IMG/VR virus record: IMGVR_UViG_3300037054_000079
Coordinates: 1-64,000 of that record
Origin: a virus
Length of the DNA: 64,000 bases
Strand: one strand, 5' to 3'
In this document: positions 18,259 to 26,524 of the stretch, one piece after another
Position numbering within the stretch: position 1 is the stretch's first letter
Layout of the letters: each line of letters starts with the position of its first letter
Position numbers and translations under genes: made by a program
Notes under the pieces: model-generated
Database searches by the model: none
What the model saw: the letters and a program-made list of their open reading frames with translations, nothing else
What the model was told of the DNA's origin: nothing

Positions 18259-18680
18259 CGTCCGACTGCCTTATGAAAACGATCTATCCGCGCCAGTTGC
18301 CCCTTGTTGGCTGGACCACCGTGTTCTCGCTTGAAGTCTTGGAGTGCAGCCGGTGAACCCCACTCGTGTCCCGACGAGTTATGCGTAGTCGAGTTTATCT
18401 GCGGAGCCGAATTTATATGCTGAGTCGGAATGCCGTGCTGAGCAGCCAGAACCATTTGGTGTGCAGTGCTAGAACCAAACTTTGCAGTGAGACCCGCTTC
18501 TGAGTTAGCTCCAAGTCGTTTGGACTGAAACTGATCCGCTAGAGCGTGACCGAAAGTAACCGGCTTATCATCGTACTGCCCACGCGCGACTTGATGCGCT
18601 ATCGAACCGTGAAAGCGGGACTCCGCCGCACCGCCGCCGCCGCCGCGCGCTTCGCTTCCGTGTCCCTTTGCATCCTTCAT
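18255..18680 (-). CDS. KDAxGHGS-leader protein 7
   Basis: MKDAKGHGSEARGG. Confidence 0.72.
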   Translation of the reverse strand: MKDAKGHGSEARGGGGGAAESRFHGSIAHQVARGQYDDKPVTFGHALADQFQSKRLGANSEAGLTAKFGSSTAHQMVLAAQHGIPTQHINSAPQINSTTHNSSGHEWGSPAALQDFKREHGGPANKGQLARIDRFHKAVGR

Positions 18681-18683
18681 GGC

Positions 18684-19097
18684 TTAAAACCTTTTGTTCT
18701 TCCCGACGTATTCGGGACTGGCCGGGTCATGGAACCTAGCCCGATCACGCCCCCATGCGACACCGCTGCGATTTTGAGCTTCCTCGCCGACTGCTTTCGC
18801 AATTGCGTTGTGCATCTTTCCCGGATCGTCCATGCCGACCATCGTCACTCCCTTCGGCAACGACATTCCGCCGTGTACCGGAACGCTGCCCGACTTCGGG
18901 CCATTGCCTGCGGTCGCGCTGGCGGCGTTCATAAAGTCCGGCTTCGGACCTTCGCCCGCCATGTAATCGAGGAAGTCATGAATGCCACGCCGATTTTCAT
19001 TCATCGGCTTGGCACCGTCTTTGACGCGCATCGCGTTGAGGCGGTCAAACGTGCTGCCGCCGCGACTGTCACTCCCGTGTCCTTTTGCGTCTTTCAT
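18684..19097 (-). CDS. KDAxGHGS-leader protein 6
   Basis: MKDAKGHGSDSRGG; GAGGA SD. Confidence 0.72.
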   Translation of the reverse strand: MKDAKGHGSDSRGGSTFDRLNAMRVKDGAKPMNENRRGIHDFLDYMAGEGPKPDFMNAASATAGNGPKSGSVPVHGGMSLPKGVTMVGMDDPGKMHNAIAKAVGEEAQNRSGVAWGRDRARFHDPASPEYVGKNKRF

Positions 19098-19104
19098 GGC
19101 ATCC

Positions 19105-19497
19105 TCACTTGAATGATTTGCGCCGCATCGTGTCAACGTCCGTGCCGCCCGTACCGAGTGCCTTGTGCAGCGACCGGGCGAGGCCGCCGTTGAATTCATT
19201 GTTGATGGCGTCGGCGTGGCTCACGCCCTTCTTGATACTCTCCGCCGCGCGTTGAGCGCCCCAGAGATAAATCCCGAGCGCATTCGGGTTGTAGTAGGAC
19301 CCCTTCACTTCGGCCCGAGCTTGTTCTTTCCGGTCGTAGCCGGTGACCGCGTGTGACAAAGCCCTGTGAACGTCGCCCGACGCCAACACCTTGCGCACCA
19401 TGCTTTGATGCGCAGCCATTTCGCCGGGGCCGAACTGCTTAGTGAGCGCCGTGCCGCCGCGACTTTCGCTGCCGTGTCCGCCTGCATCTTTTGCCAT
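19105..19497 (-). CDS. KDAxGHGS-leader protein 5
   Basis: MAKDAGGHGSESRGG..AAHQS, then a YDRK..YNPNALGIY domain. Confidence 0.75.
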   Translation of the reverse strand: MAKDAGGHGSESRGGTALTKQFGPGEMAAHQSMVRKVLASGDVHRALSHAVTGYDRKEQARAEVKGSYYNPNALGIYLWGAQRAAESIKKGVSHADAINNEFNGGLARSLHKALGTGGTDVDTMRRKSFK

Positions 19498-19498
19498 G

Positions 19499-19765
19499 TT
19501 ACACTCCCCGCCTACGATTTTCAGCGCCCGCCGGAAGCGCGACCATGCGCCCGCGCGCGAGCGCGGTCTTTGCAGCTTGGAAACTTTGCCCGAGCGGAAC
19601 CTGAGCCGACTTAGGGTGCGCCAGCCCGAGCGCCTGCGCCGCCGCTAAGTCTTGCGGCGTGCGCGTCGGGAAGTGTCGTTCGTCGATCCCTCGACGAATA
19701 GAAAGCTGTTCGGCTTTCGCGCTGCCGGTCGGATTGCTGCCGTGGCCCTGTGCATCTTTTGCCAT
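19499..19765 (-). CDS. KDAxGHGS-leader protein 4
   Basis: MAKDAQGHGSNP..AAAQAL..HPKSAQVP. Confidence 0.72.
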   Translation of the reverse strand: MAKDAQGHGSNPTGSAKAEQLSIRRGIDERHFPTRTPQDLAAAQALGLAHPKSAQVPLGQSFQAAKTALARGRMVALPAGAENRRRGV

Positions 19766-19769
19766 TGTC

Positions 19770-20288
19770 TTACCCTTTCACGCGCCGAACTGTATGTCCG
19801 GCGAAATCATTGCCTGTCAAGTAGCGGAGCGCGCCCGAGATATGATCGGCGGGGAAGCTATTGCTGCCCTTCTTTGACGCCAGATAGTCGGGCATCGAAA
19901 CTGCGTCGTGGATCGACGGACCCCCGCTGCGGGAAATTCCGCCGCCCTTCCCTTCGTCCACACCGAAGCCGTTGTTCTTGCCGAGGTTCATGCGCGCCGC
20001 GACTTCGCCGGTCGGCGAAACGATTTCGTGCGTGTAGCTGTTCATGTTGAACTTTTGCGCGGGCGCGGGTTGACCAACTTGCGCGACACCCGACGAGTGC
20101 GCCGCTAGGGCGGAGACGTTTTTCACAGCTTGTGAATTTGCAGCGGCTTCCGCCGTGGTCGGTTGACGACCGAACATGCGTTGACCACCTTGGACCCTCG
20201 GATTGTATCCGGGCTTGCCACTTGCGCTCTTGGCATAGTCACCGCCGCCGCGACTTTCGCTGCCGTGTCCGCCTGCATCTTTCGCCAT
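19770..20288 (-). CDS. KDAxGHGS-leader protein 3
   Basis: MAKDAGGHGSESRGG..AAHSSGVAQVG. Confidence 0.75.
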   Translation of the reverse strand: MAKDAGGHGSESRGGGDYAKSASGKPGYNPRVQGGQRMFGRQPTTAEAAANSQAVKNVSALAAHSSGVAQVGQPAPAQKFNMNSYTHEIVSPTGEVAARMNLGKNNGFGVDEGKGGGISRSGGPSIHDAVSMPDYLASKKGSNSFPADHISGALRYLTGNDFAGHTVRRVKG

Positions 20289-20291
20289 GAC

Positions 20292-20444
20292 TCAATCTCC
20301 CAAAAAGCTGTAGACCTGTTTCACGATATCCTCGTGCTGCACCATTGCAATCGCACGCGCGGGGCCAGCCGGATACCAAAACTCGACGAGGACTTTATGT
20401 CGCCACATCGCCGCTTCGCGCATCGCTGTCCAGAACATGAGCAT
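20292..20444 (-). CDS. Hypothetical 50-aa protein
   Basis: Hand-translated MLMFWTAMREAAMWRHKVLVEF..; fills the gap with a TGATG overlap. Confidence 0.4.
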   Translation of the reverse strand: MLMFWTAMREAAMWRHKVLVEFWYPAGPARAIAMVQHEDIVKQVYSFLGD

Positions 20445-20665
20445 CAGTTCACTCCGCAACCTGCTTTGAACTTCCCTTTATTGAACCGAGGGTTTGTCCC
20501 GGCCAGTGCATCGGCTAAATCCCCGACTATCTTCGAGTGCGGCTGGCCTACATTTTTTGCCAGTACACCCGAGAGCAACTGAAAATGCTTCGGCCCCATC
20601 GCAACGCCGCGCCCGATCTGTTCGACGCCCTCCGAATGCTGCCCTCTGTCAGCGGCCTTCTTCAT
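20444..20665 (-). CDS. Small phage protein with NPRF..F..AC-type domain and HxxGVxQIG motif
   Basis: QHSEGVEQIG..KHFQLL..LADALAGTNPRFNKGKFKAGCG. Confidence 0.65.
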   Translation of the reverse strand: MKKAADRGQHSEGVEQIGRGVAMGPKHFQLLSGVLAKNVGQPHSKIVGDLADALAGTNPRFNKGKFKAGCGVN

Positions 20666-20673
20666 AGCTGTCC

Positions 20674-21258
20674 TTAGATTGGTCGAGTCTTTTGCCGAGC
20701 TACAGGTGCAGCCCGATTAAAAGTTTGGGTCCCGGCGCGCCCCGGTGAAAATGAAGCTTCGGGCTTGTACGTGCGACTCGATCCACTCTTGATGTCGCTG
20801 CGCTCGTCGCGCTCCCAATTGGCAGCCGCCTCGCGACGATCAGCCGGAGAGAACATTTGCTTGCCACTAGCCGCGCCCGAACCGTGCTGCTCGCCATAGG
20901 CTTGCGCGGCGCGGTCGGCATGATATTTCCACAACGTCTGCGCCTTGGCGGAGTCATAGACGCCCTTGTCCATTTTCTTGCCAAGGTTGTCGCGGATCGG
21001 CTGCATCGACTGACGGTGGAGATTGGCGTCGTTGTCGGCGAACAGCCGCAACTCGCGTGAGTTGGCACCTTCCGGCGCGAGTTTGCCAACCTGATCTACA
21101 CCCGTGCCGTGCGCGGGGATACCGACGATGGGCGGATTGTTGGATCGCGCCATGACGCCTTGGAGAAGTTGTGCGCCCTTGCTTGTATATCCGGGAACAA
21201 CAGGTGCGCCGCCACCGCCGCGCGCCTCGCTACCGTGTCCGCCTGCATCTTTTGCCAT
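20674..21258 (-). CDS. KDAxGHGS-leader protein 2
   Basis: MAKDAGGHGSEARGG..PAHGTGVDQVG, then an RELxLFADND..L.KKM.KG.YD..KA..LW domain. Confidence 0.78.
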   Translation of the reverse strand: MAKDAGGHGSEARGGGGAPVVPGYTSKGAQLLQGVMARSNNPPIVGIPAHGTGVDQVGKLAPEGANSRELRLFADNDANLHRQSMQPIRDNLGKKMDKGVYDSAKAQTLWKYHADRAAQAYGEQHGSGAASGKQMFSPADRREAAANWERDERSDIKSGSSRTYKPEASFSPGRAGTQTFNRAAPVARQKTRPI

Positions 21259-21530
21259 TACCGTCTCCCAAAGTTCTTGAGCGCCTGCAACAGCCCGGCT
21301 CCGTGGCCCGACTGCGGATCGACACTCCGCAACTGTTCGCGAACTCGCGAGAGCGTCTTTTGCGAGTCGGTCATCGCGCCTGCATTGAGGATTTTGCCAC
21401 TGAAACCGGGGGTGCCCGTGCCGAGACCAATGCGAGTATGGTTCATTGGCATGGGATCGTGCGGACGATATCCAAAATCGAGACCGCCGCCGCGCCCGTC
21501 GCTGCCGTGTCCTCGTGCGTCCTTTGCCAT
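21258..21530 (-). CDS. KDAxGHGS-leader protein 1
   Basis: MAKDARGHGSDGRGG; GGAG SD. Confidence 0.72.
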   Translation of the reverse strand: MAKDARGHGSDGRGGGLDFGYRPHDPMPMNHTRIGLGTGTPGFSGKILNAGAMTDSQKTLSRVREQLRSVDPQSGHGAGLLQALKNFGRR

Positions 21531-21624
21531 CGAAGTCTCCAAAACTGAGATAACCTGTAACCCGGAAGCTAGGCCGAACCTTGGGGGACTTCAAGCAATG
21601 GTTCGTTTAAGGGTTAAGGAACCC

Positions 21625-21855
21625 TTACTGATTGTGATAGGTCGAGTCGGTCTCGCCGAGAACGACATTCGCCTTGTGCCGGATTTTGGCTGCGTTCGCC
21701 GGGCTGAGCTTGCCCTTGGCAAGCATTTGAGTCGCACGGCCCTTGGCATCGGCGGCGTGGGCACGATCCCCGATAGGATAGCGGCCACCCGGCAATGCAA
21801 ATTTCTTTGCGCCACCAGTATGAGTCTTACGCTGTTTTGTGGTGAGAACTGCCAT
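21625..21855 (-). CDS. Small basic phage protein (FALPGGRYPI.D.AHA family, DUF6582-like)
   Basis: Motif typical of head-module-associated small proteins. Confidence 0.6.
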   Translation of the reverse strand: MAVLTTKQRKTHTGGAKKFALPGGRYPIGDRAHAADAKGRATQMLAKGKLSPANAAKIRHKANVVLGETDSTYHNQ

Positions 21856-22300
21856 GAGATGTCTCCAAATGCGCTGCTAGTGTACGCAACAACTCCGGAT
21901 TATCCTTGGCAAGACCGAGGATCAAATTACACCGATCACATAACCATCCACGAAACATATTGGTCCTGTGACAGTGGTCAAAAACGACGCGAGCACGCTT
22001 ACTGCATTTTTCGCACCGCTTTGGTCTAGGCCGCCCGGCGAGCTTTACTTGGTGCTTCCGCTTCCGGCGTCTAAACCTAAGTTCTCGCAATCGTTGAGCC
22101 TTCGGATTACTTTTCCGTCGCGTCTGCGCTTGCTCAGCTTCGCGTTTCCGTAGCGCGGAGCCACCCCTCTTTCGATAGCGACGCTTGATCTTAGCAATTT
22201 TATCCGGATGCCGTTTCCGGTATCGACGAGCTTGAGCCGCGACTTTCGTCGAGTTCTTCGCACGCCATGCTTTGACTTCTGCGTAAGGGGGCGACCCCAT
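21827..22300 (-). CDS. Endonuclease VII-like (His-Me finger) homing endonuclease
   Basis: CEKC..FDHCH..FRGWLCDRCN..LG..KDN. Confidence 0.8.
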   Translation of the reverse strand: MGSPPYAEVKAWRAKNSTKVAAQARRYRKRHPDKIAKIKRRYRKRGGSALRKREAEQAQTRRKSNPKAQRLRELRFRRRKRKHQVKLAGRPRPKRCEKCSKRARVVFDHCHRTNMFRGWLCDRCNLILGLAKDNPELLRTLAAHLETSHGSSHHKTA

Positions 22301-22334
22301 AAGTGCCTCTTTTACCGCGAACGTCGATCCGCTG

Positions 22335-22347
22335 CAACCAGCGTTAT
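22335..22347 (-). promoter_or_regulatory. 13-bp late-arm motif ATAACGCTGGTTG, copy 3
   Basis: Exact repeat. Confidence 0.5.
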
Positions 22348-22644
22348 TAGGCGGCTGTGCGCTTGTGGCACGGGTGGATGTGCGGACCATCCCCTGTGCG
22401 GAACGAGTAGCCCATGTTCACCGACCGGACGAGCATGTGAATGCTCGTGCGCGAGTTCGGGCCAGTGCTCCGATCATGTACGTGCCGAGCGAGTCGCGGC
22501 GCGGTGCCGGGCCGGAACTGATTTTGCGAGTTGCGTATTTTCATCGCCAGCATTTGTGCGAACGCGGAGGCGACGGTCATGAGAGACTTAGCATTGAGCA
22601 TAGGCTATTCCTTATTATCCGAGGGGTTGTCGATAATCTTTTCC

Positions 22645-22860
22645 TTATCCGCGCGGCAGTCGCTTCTTGATGTTGTCGATCTGATGTTCGAGGTCGTCGA
22701 TTATGCTGAGCGCGAACATATCAGCGGACGCCGAACAGTATTCCGGGTTCCACATGCCCTCCGACATCGTGACTGTTGCGACCGACGCCGTGCGCAGGAT
22801 GTGCGAGATCGCGAACGCAAACTCGGCGTTCGATAAATGTGGATGTTTTGCCCTTTTCAT
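22645..22860 (-). CDS. Hypothetical protein
   Basis: GGAGG SD; TAATG overlap. Confidence 0.5.
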   Translation of the reverse strand: MKRAKHPHLSNAEFAFAISHILRTASVATVTMSEGMWNPEYCSASADMFALSIIDDLEHQIDNIKKRLPRG

Positions 22861-23366
22861 TAGCCGCCTCCCTGTGGTCCTGTCGGTGTCGTCAAGGCTC
22901 GCCGTACAGACCAGCCCCGGTAAAATCTATACCGTAGTGTGAGGGTGTGCAATCCGAGTTCGCGCGCCCACGTGGTAAGAAGCCGCCGCCTCCCCCGGAA
23001 CGTAATCCAATGAGTCGTGCCGGGGCGGTTCTCCATTTGCTGAGCATCGGTAGCCCAATAGCAGTTTGACTTTTTGTAATCCTGATTGCCTTTGCGGCGC
23101 TCGATGCTGTGCCCGAGAGATGGTCGCGGACCCATGTCAGCTATGAATGCTGCAAACGAACTGCGCCAACTCTTGCAGATTTTGATCCCGCGTCCGCCGT
23201 ACCGGGTGTACCGTTTATTTGGCGGGTACATGCAACGCTGGATCATGCCCTGCCAGCAGTTATACCCAATTTGTCTAAGCCGATTTTTCTTACACTCCGA
23301 CGAACAGGTTTTTGCATTGGATGCTTTTGTTGCGAACCGCGCTCCACAGGCGAGGCACTTCTTCAT
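22860..23366 (-). CDS. HNH endonuclease (YGGRGI family)
   Basis: W.GMIQRC..YGGRGIKIC..W..F..F..DMG.RP...SIER..N..Y...NC.WAT..Q..NR. Confidence 0.82.
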   Translation of the reverse strand: MKKCLACGARFATKASNAKTCSSECKKNRLRQIGYNCWQGMIQRCMYPPNKRYTRYGGRGIKICKSWRSSFAAFIADMGPRPSLGHSIERRKGNQDYKKSNCYWATDAQQMENRPGTTHWITFRGRRRLLTTWARELGLHTLTLRYRFYRGWSVRRALTTPTGPQGGG

Positions 23367-23782
23367 CGTCGAAATCCTTCCACTATACCATCCTTGCTTG
23401 CGTGCAATGGGTGGATGCCATCGTTGCACATGACGGCGAGTCCGGTGCCGTATGGAAACACTTTCACCGGCCAGCGGTTCGGCAAGCATTTGTGATTGGC
23501 CCCGGCGACAAGGATGTCGTCGGGTTCGATATCGGCGAGATAGACCGGACGATACGGGACCTCGACCTGCGTTCCGAACACGTGTTCGAGCACGCCGAAC
23601 ATTCGGATGATGTCAGGATCGTCGGCGAACTGTCGGTTCGGACTCGGAGTGAAATCCAATTTGCGCAGCACATTGTAGAGGTCCGACCCTTTCCCGGCGT
23701 GCCACGTGTATGCGTACCACCATATTGCTTCGTCCGCCTTTGGTTCTCCGCGTAGTGCATCTCGCATCTCTCTCAAGTTCAT
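23363..23782 (-). CDS. Hypothetical protein
   Basis: ATGA overlap; globular composition. Confidence 0.55.
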   Translation of the reverse strand: MNLREMRDALRGEPKADEAIWWYAYTWHAGKGSDLYNVLRKLDFTPSPNRQFADDPDIIRMFGVLEHVFGTQVEVPYRPVYLADIEPDDILVAGANHKCLPNRWPVKVFPYGTGLAVMCNDGIHPLHASKDGIVEGFRR

Positions 23783-23797
23783 GTCGTCAATGCCCTT

Positions 23798-24025
23798 TCA
23801 ACTGCCTATCCTCGATAAAGTCGGTAGAGTAGCGTGTTCGCGTTGATACCTATCTTCATCTGCTTTCCTTGGGTTTACTTTGAGCCATTCCCGGAGCGCC
23901 GCTGCGGCGTCTCCGTATCTCGGCATGTCGTATGACATGAGCGAGACAATCAGTGCCTTGCGTAACTCCGGCGGAGCACCGTCGCGCTTCGTGCGAGGCG
24001 TGCGACGATAGTGTCCCTTCGGCAT
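23798..24025 (-). CDS. Hypothetical protein
   Basis: GGAG SD; packed in the operon. Confidence 0.5.
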   Translation of the reverse strand: MPKGHYRRTPRTKRDGAPPELRKALIVSLMSYDMPRYGDAAAALREWLKVNPRKADEDRYQREHATLPTLSRIGS

Positions 24026-24028
24026 TGG

Positions 24029-24394
24029 TCACTCCGGCGAACCGTATTCACAGCCGACCTTCTTGAAGACGTAGTGGGTAGCACCGAACTTGTCGCGGCG
24101 GAAAGTCGGCTCGCACACCTTGAGCCACTCGCGCTCGCGCGCTTGCGCTTCCTCGGAGTTGTCTTGCGGCATGTGAATGATCTTCGGTCCGAGCGCGTTG
24201 GCACTGTCGGGGATGTGCTGCGAGATGCACGTCCCGTCATTGCACTGTTCGTACTGAGCCGAGTGCGCCGGGTGCGCTGTCCACAGTACCAAGAAGGCAA
24301 CTCCGATCATAGCTCCAATAGCCAAGAGCGATTGGAGCACGCGCCCGCGTGTCGCCTGTCGCAATTGAAGTTGAGTCGCTTCACGCCTGCCCAT
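24029..24394 (-). CDS. Hypothetical membrane/secreted Cys-containing protein
   Basis: TM segment followed by AHSA and a C..CEP..GCEYG domain. Confidence 0.5.
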   Translation of the reverse strand: MGRREATQLQLRQATRGRVLQSLLAIGAMIGVAFLVLWTAHPAHSAQYEQCNDGTCISQHIPDSANALGPKIIHMPQDNSEEAQAREREWLKVCEPTFRRDKFGATHYVFKKVGCEYGSPE

Positions 24395-24452
24395 ATTTTT
24401 ACCCTCTGTTGTTTCCATGGGCCGAGCTATAGCCCGGTCCATGGCCGTCTGT

Positions 24453-24980
24453 CTAGCCCCCTCGTTCGGGTTGGTTAATCGCCCGAGCATAATAGGCCGC
24501 TTGCCGCCGAAGCTTCTTGACTGCACGTTCGGCCCGGACTTGTCGAGCCTCCCACGCCTTGAGCCGAGCGGCGACGCGCGCAGCCCGGACCGCTTGCAGG
24601 TTGATGACCGGCTTGAGCGGCACGAGCTTCGGACCGAGCGACAGCCCAACGAGGTACGGGTAGTTCTCGGCAGTCGCGTGCGACTGACTGTTGAGCCGAC
24701 CCATGACCTCGTGCCGGTGGCCGCGACAGTGCGCGAGTTCATGATCGAACAGCCACCCGACCATGAACACTTCGAGCGGCCCGTGCTTCGGACTCGGCAG
24801 CCGCAGCTTCATGCGGCCCGAGTTGAAGTAAGCGTAGCCACTCACGTAGCGGCCCCGCGCGACATGGATGCGGAGCCGATGATTGTGCCGACCCTCGACG
24901 CGGTTGCTCTCGCGCAGCACGGCGGAGAACACGCGCCGGAGTTGGCGCGTGTCCCATTCGGTTTCGTTGATGATCCTCAT
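24453..24980 (-). CDS. Putative zincin metallopeptidase-like protein
   Basis: HELAH..G.RH (HExxH). Confidence 0.55.
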   Translation of the reverse strand: MRIINETEWDTRQLRRVFSAVLRESNRVEGRHNHRLRIHVARGRYVSGYAYFNSGRMKLRLPSPKHGPLEVFMVGWLFDHELAHCRGHRHEVMGRLNSQSHATAENYPYLVGLSLGPKLVPLKPVINLQAVRAARVAARLKAWEARQVRAERAVKKLRRQAAYYARAINQPERGG

Positions 24981-25252
24981 GACACGAGGTACAGTTCACG
25001 GTTCACGAGATCGAGCTTGGCCTGTATCTCGTCAGTCACTTTGGGATTGCGCCCGGCGATCAGGTCGATCTCGGCCTGCATCTTCTTGGACTCCGCCCGC
25101 AGCTTGCGCCGCTTGCGCTGATCCATGCGCTCAGTCTGTTGCGCCACCATGTCGGACCGATCCGGAGTCGGCGCGATGCGTCCCTTCCATGATGCGGCGC
25201 GCTTGGCTTGACTGATCTTCAAGAAGTCGGGAATGCTCAGGTCGTCTTCCAT
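24977..25252 (-). CDS. Hypothetical protein (DDLSIPDFL N-terminus)
   Basis: GGAG SD; downstream of a gcTATACT promoter element. Confidence 0.6.
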   Translation of the reverse strand: MEDDLSIPDFLKISQAKRAASWKGRIAPTPDRSDMVAQQTERMDQRKRRKLRAESKKMQAEIDLIAGRNPKVTDEIQAKLDLVNRELYLVS

Positions 25253-25391
25253 TTGGTATCTCCATGTTTTGAACTAACACAGGGAGTATAGCACATCTAA
25301 AAATCTTTTGCTGACGCGGAAAACGGAGATCAATGGGTTAGCCGGAGTTTTGCACCGAGATCATTGAAGAAAATAATTTCATTTTATGCTT

Positions 25392-25784
25392 TTAGCGTGC
25401 TCGACCGGGGTGCTTCTTTTTGCCGCGACTCTCGATCAGATACTCCGCCGCCGCAAATAAAATGTTCTCGTCATCTTTGAACAGCCCGAGACCTGCGTTA
25501 CAGTTTCCGCAGAGCAATCCTCTAATTCGCCCGGTCTTATGATCGTGATCGACACTCCACACTTTTGAGCCGCCTCCACGCTTCTTTCCGGGATCAGTGG
25601 TTTCGCAAATCGCGCAACGCCCGTTCTGCGACCCTAAAATCTCGTCTACTTGTTCCGGGGTCAGGCTGTATTTGCATTTTCGAGACAGCGCCCGACGCTG
25701 TTCCGGAGTCAATGATGCAGACCAAGCGCGACTACGCGCGATTACTTGTTCACGGTAGATTGGATCAGTGTGATACCGGCTCAT
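25392..25784 (-). CDS. Endonuclease VII-like homing endonuclease
   Basis: Q.GRCAIC..VDHDHKTGRIRGLLCGNCNAGLG.FKD. Confidence 0.85.
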   Translation of the reverse strand: MSRYHTDPIYREQVIARSRAWSASLTPEQRRALSRKCKYSLTPEQVDEILGSQNGRCAICETTDPGKKRGGGSKVWSVDHDHKTGRIRGLLCGNCNAGLGLFKDDENILFAAAEYLIESRGKKKHPGRAR

Positions 25785-26038
25785 GATAAAAGTTCGGCGA
25801 CTTCCGGGTCGATATCCACCACGCGCGAGCGGCGCGCTGCTCCGATCAGCTTGGGCGCGTTCTTGAGCGCCAGCATGAGCGCCGTGGCCGGGTCCGCGTC
25901 TCGGGCGAACACGTGCCCGAACTTAGACGCAGGCGAATAGGTCGCCTCGAAGCCACCCGGACTCGGTATAATGCTGAGATACGAAAGTTCTCCGCGAGCC
26001 GCGAGATCGCGCAGCATGTCTTCGAGAGATTTAGCCAT
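25781..26038 (-). CDS. Hypothetical protein
   Basis: Overlap-coupled. Confidence 0.55.
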   Translation of the reverse strand: MAKSLEDMLRDLAARGELSYLSIIPSPGGFEATYSPASKFGHVFARDADPATALMLALKNAPKLIGAARRSRVVDIDPEVAELLS

Positions 26039-26218
26039 CGAGGCGGCCCATTGGCATCCAGCAACTTCCGTCCTGATAGAATGCGTCGGGGCCGCCGTAG
26101 CGTTGGCACATTACTGAGTTGTCGTGTTCGTGCGCAACGTGCAGCGCGTAAGCGCCGAGCACCATGAGTCCGATAATGGCTACGGCGGCTTTTAAGATGA
26201 TATACTGTCGCCACCACG

Positions 26219-26521
26219 TCATCGCTTGATCCCGAACCCGGCCTCGTAGTCTATTTGCTTGCGTGCGTTCCATCCAGCCTTGAACACGACTTCTGCCAAG
26301 TCGAGTGCAGACTCACAGTCGGTAGGCTGAAAGTCTGAGTAGAACGCATCGAAGGCACGCTCGCGCGCGCCGAGAGTCGGCTTCGGCTGCCGAGCGACGC
26401 CCATCTCGCTCGCGGCGAACTTCGCGAACTCCGGGTCTTTCAGGTGCTCGTCCCACTGCGCGTCCGAGACTTGGCCGGACAGTCGGCAATCGAGCAGCAA
26501 TTGAGCGTGACGATCAATCAT
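26219..26521 (-). CDS. Hypothetical protein
   Basis: Overlap-coupled. Confidence 0.55.
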   Translation of the reverse strand: MIDRHAQLLLDCRLSGQVSDAQWDEHLKDPEFAKFAASEMGVARQPKPTLGARERAFDAFYSDFQPTDCESALDLAEVVFKAGWNARKQIDYEAGFGIKR

Positions 26522-26524
26522 GGT

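Noticed and set aside
17401-21530. KDAxGHGS leaders as RiPP precursors or integron cassettes
   Set aside because: No modifying enzymes, attC-like palindromes or integrase nearby; the genes overlap with no intergenic sites
20674-21594. 306-aa ORF as listed in the track
   Set aside because: The real start is the leader ATG at 21258; the upstream extension overlaps another leader gene
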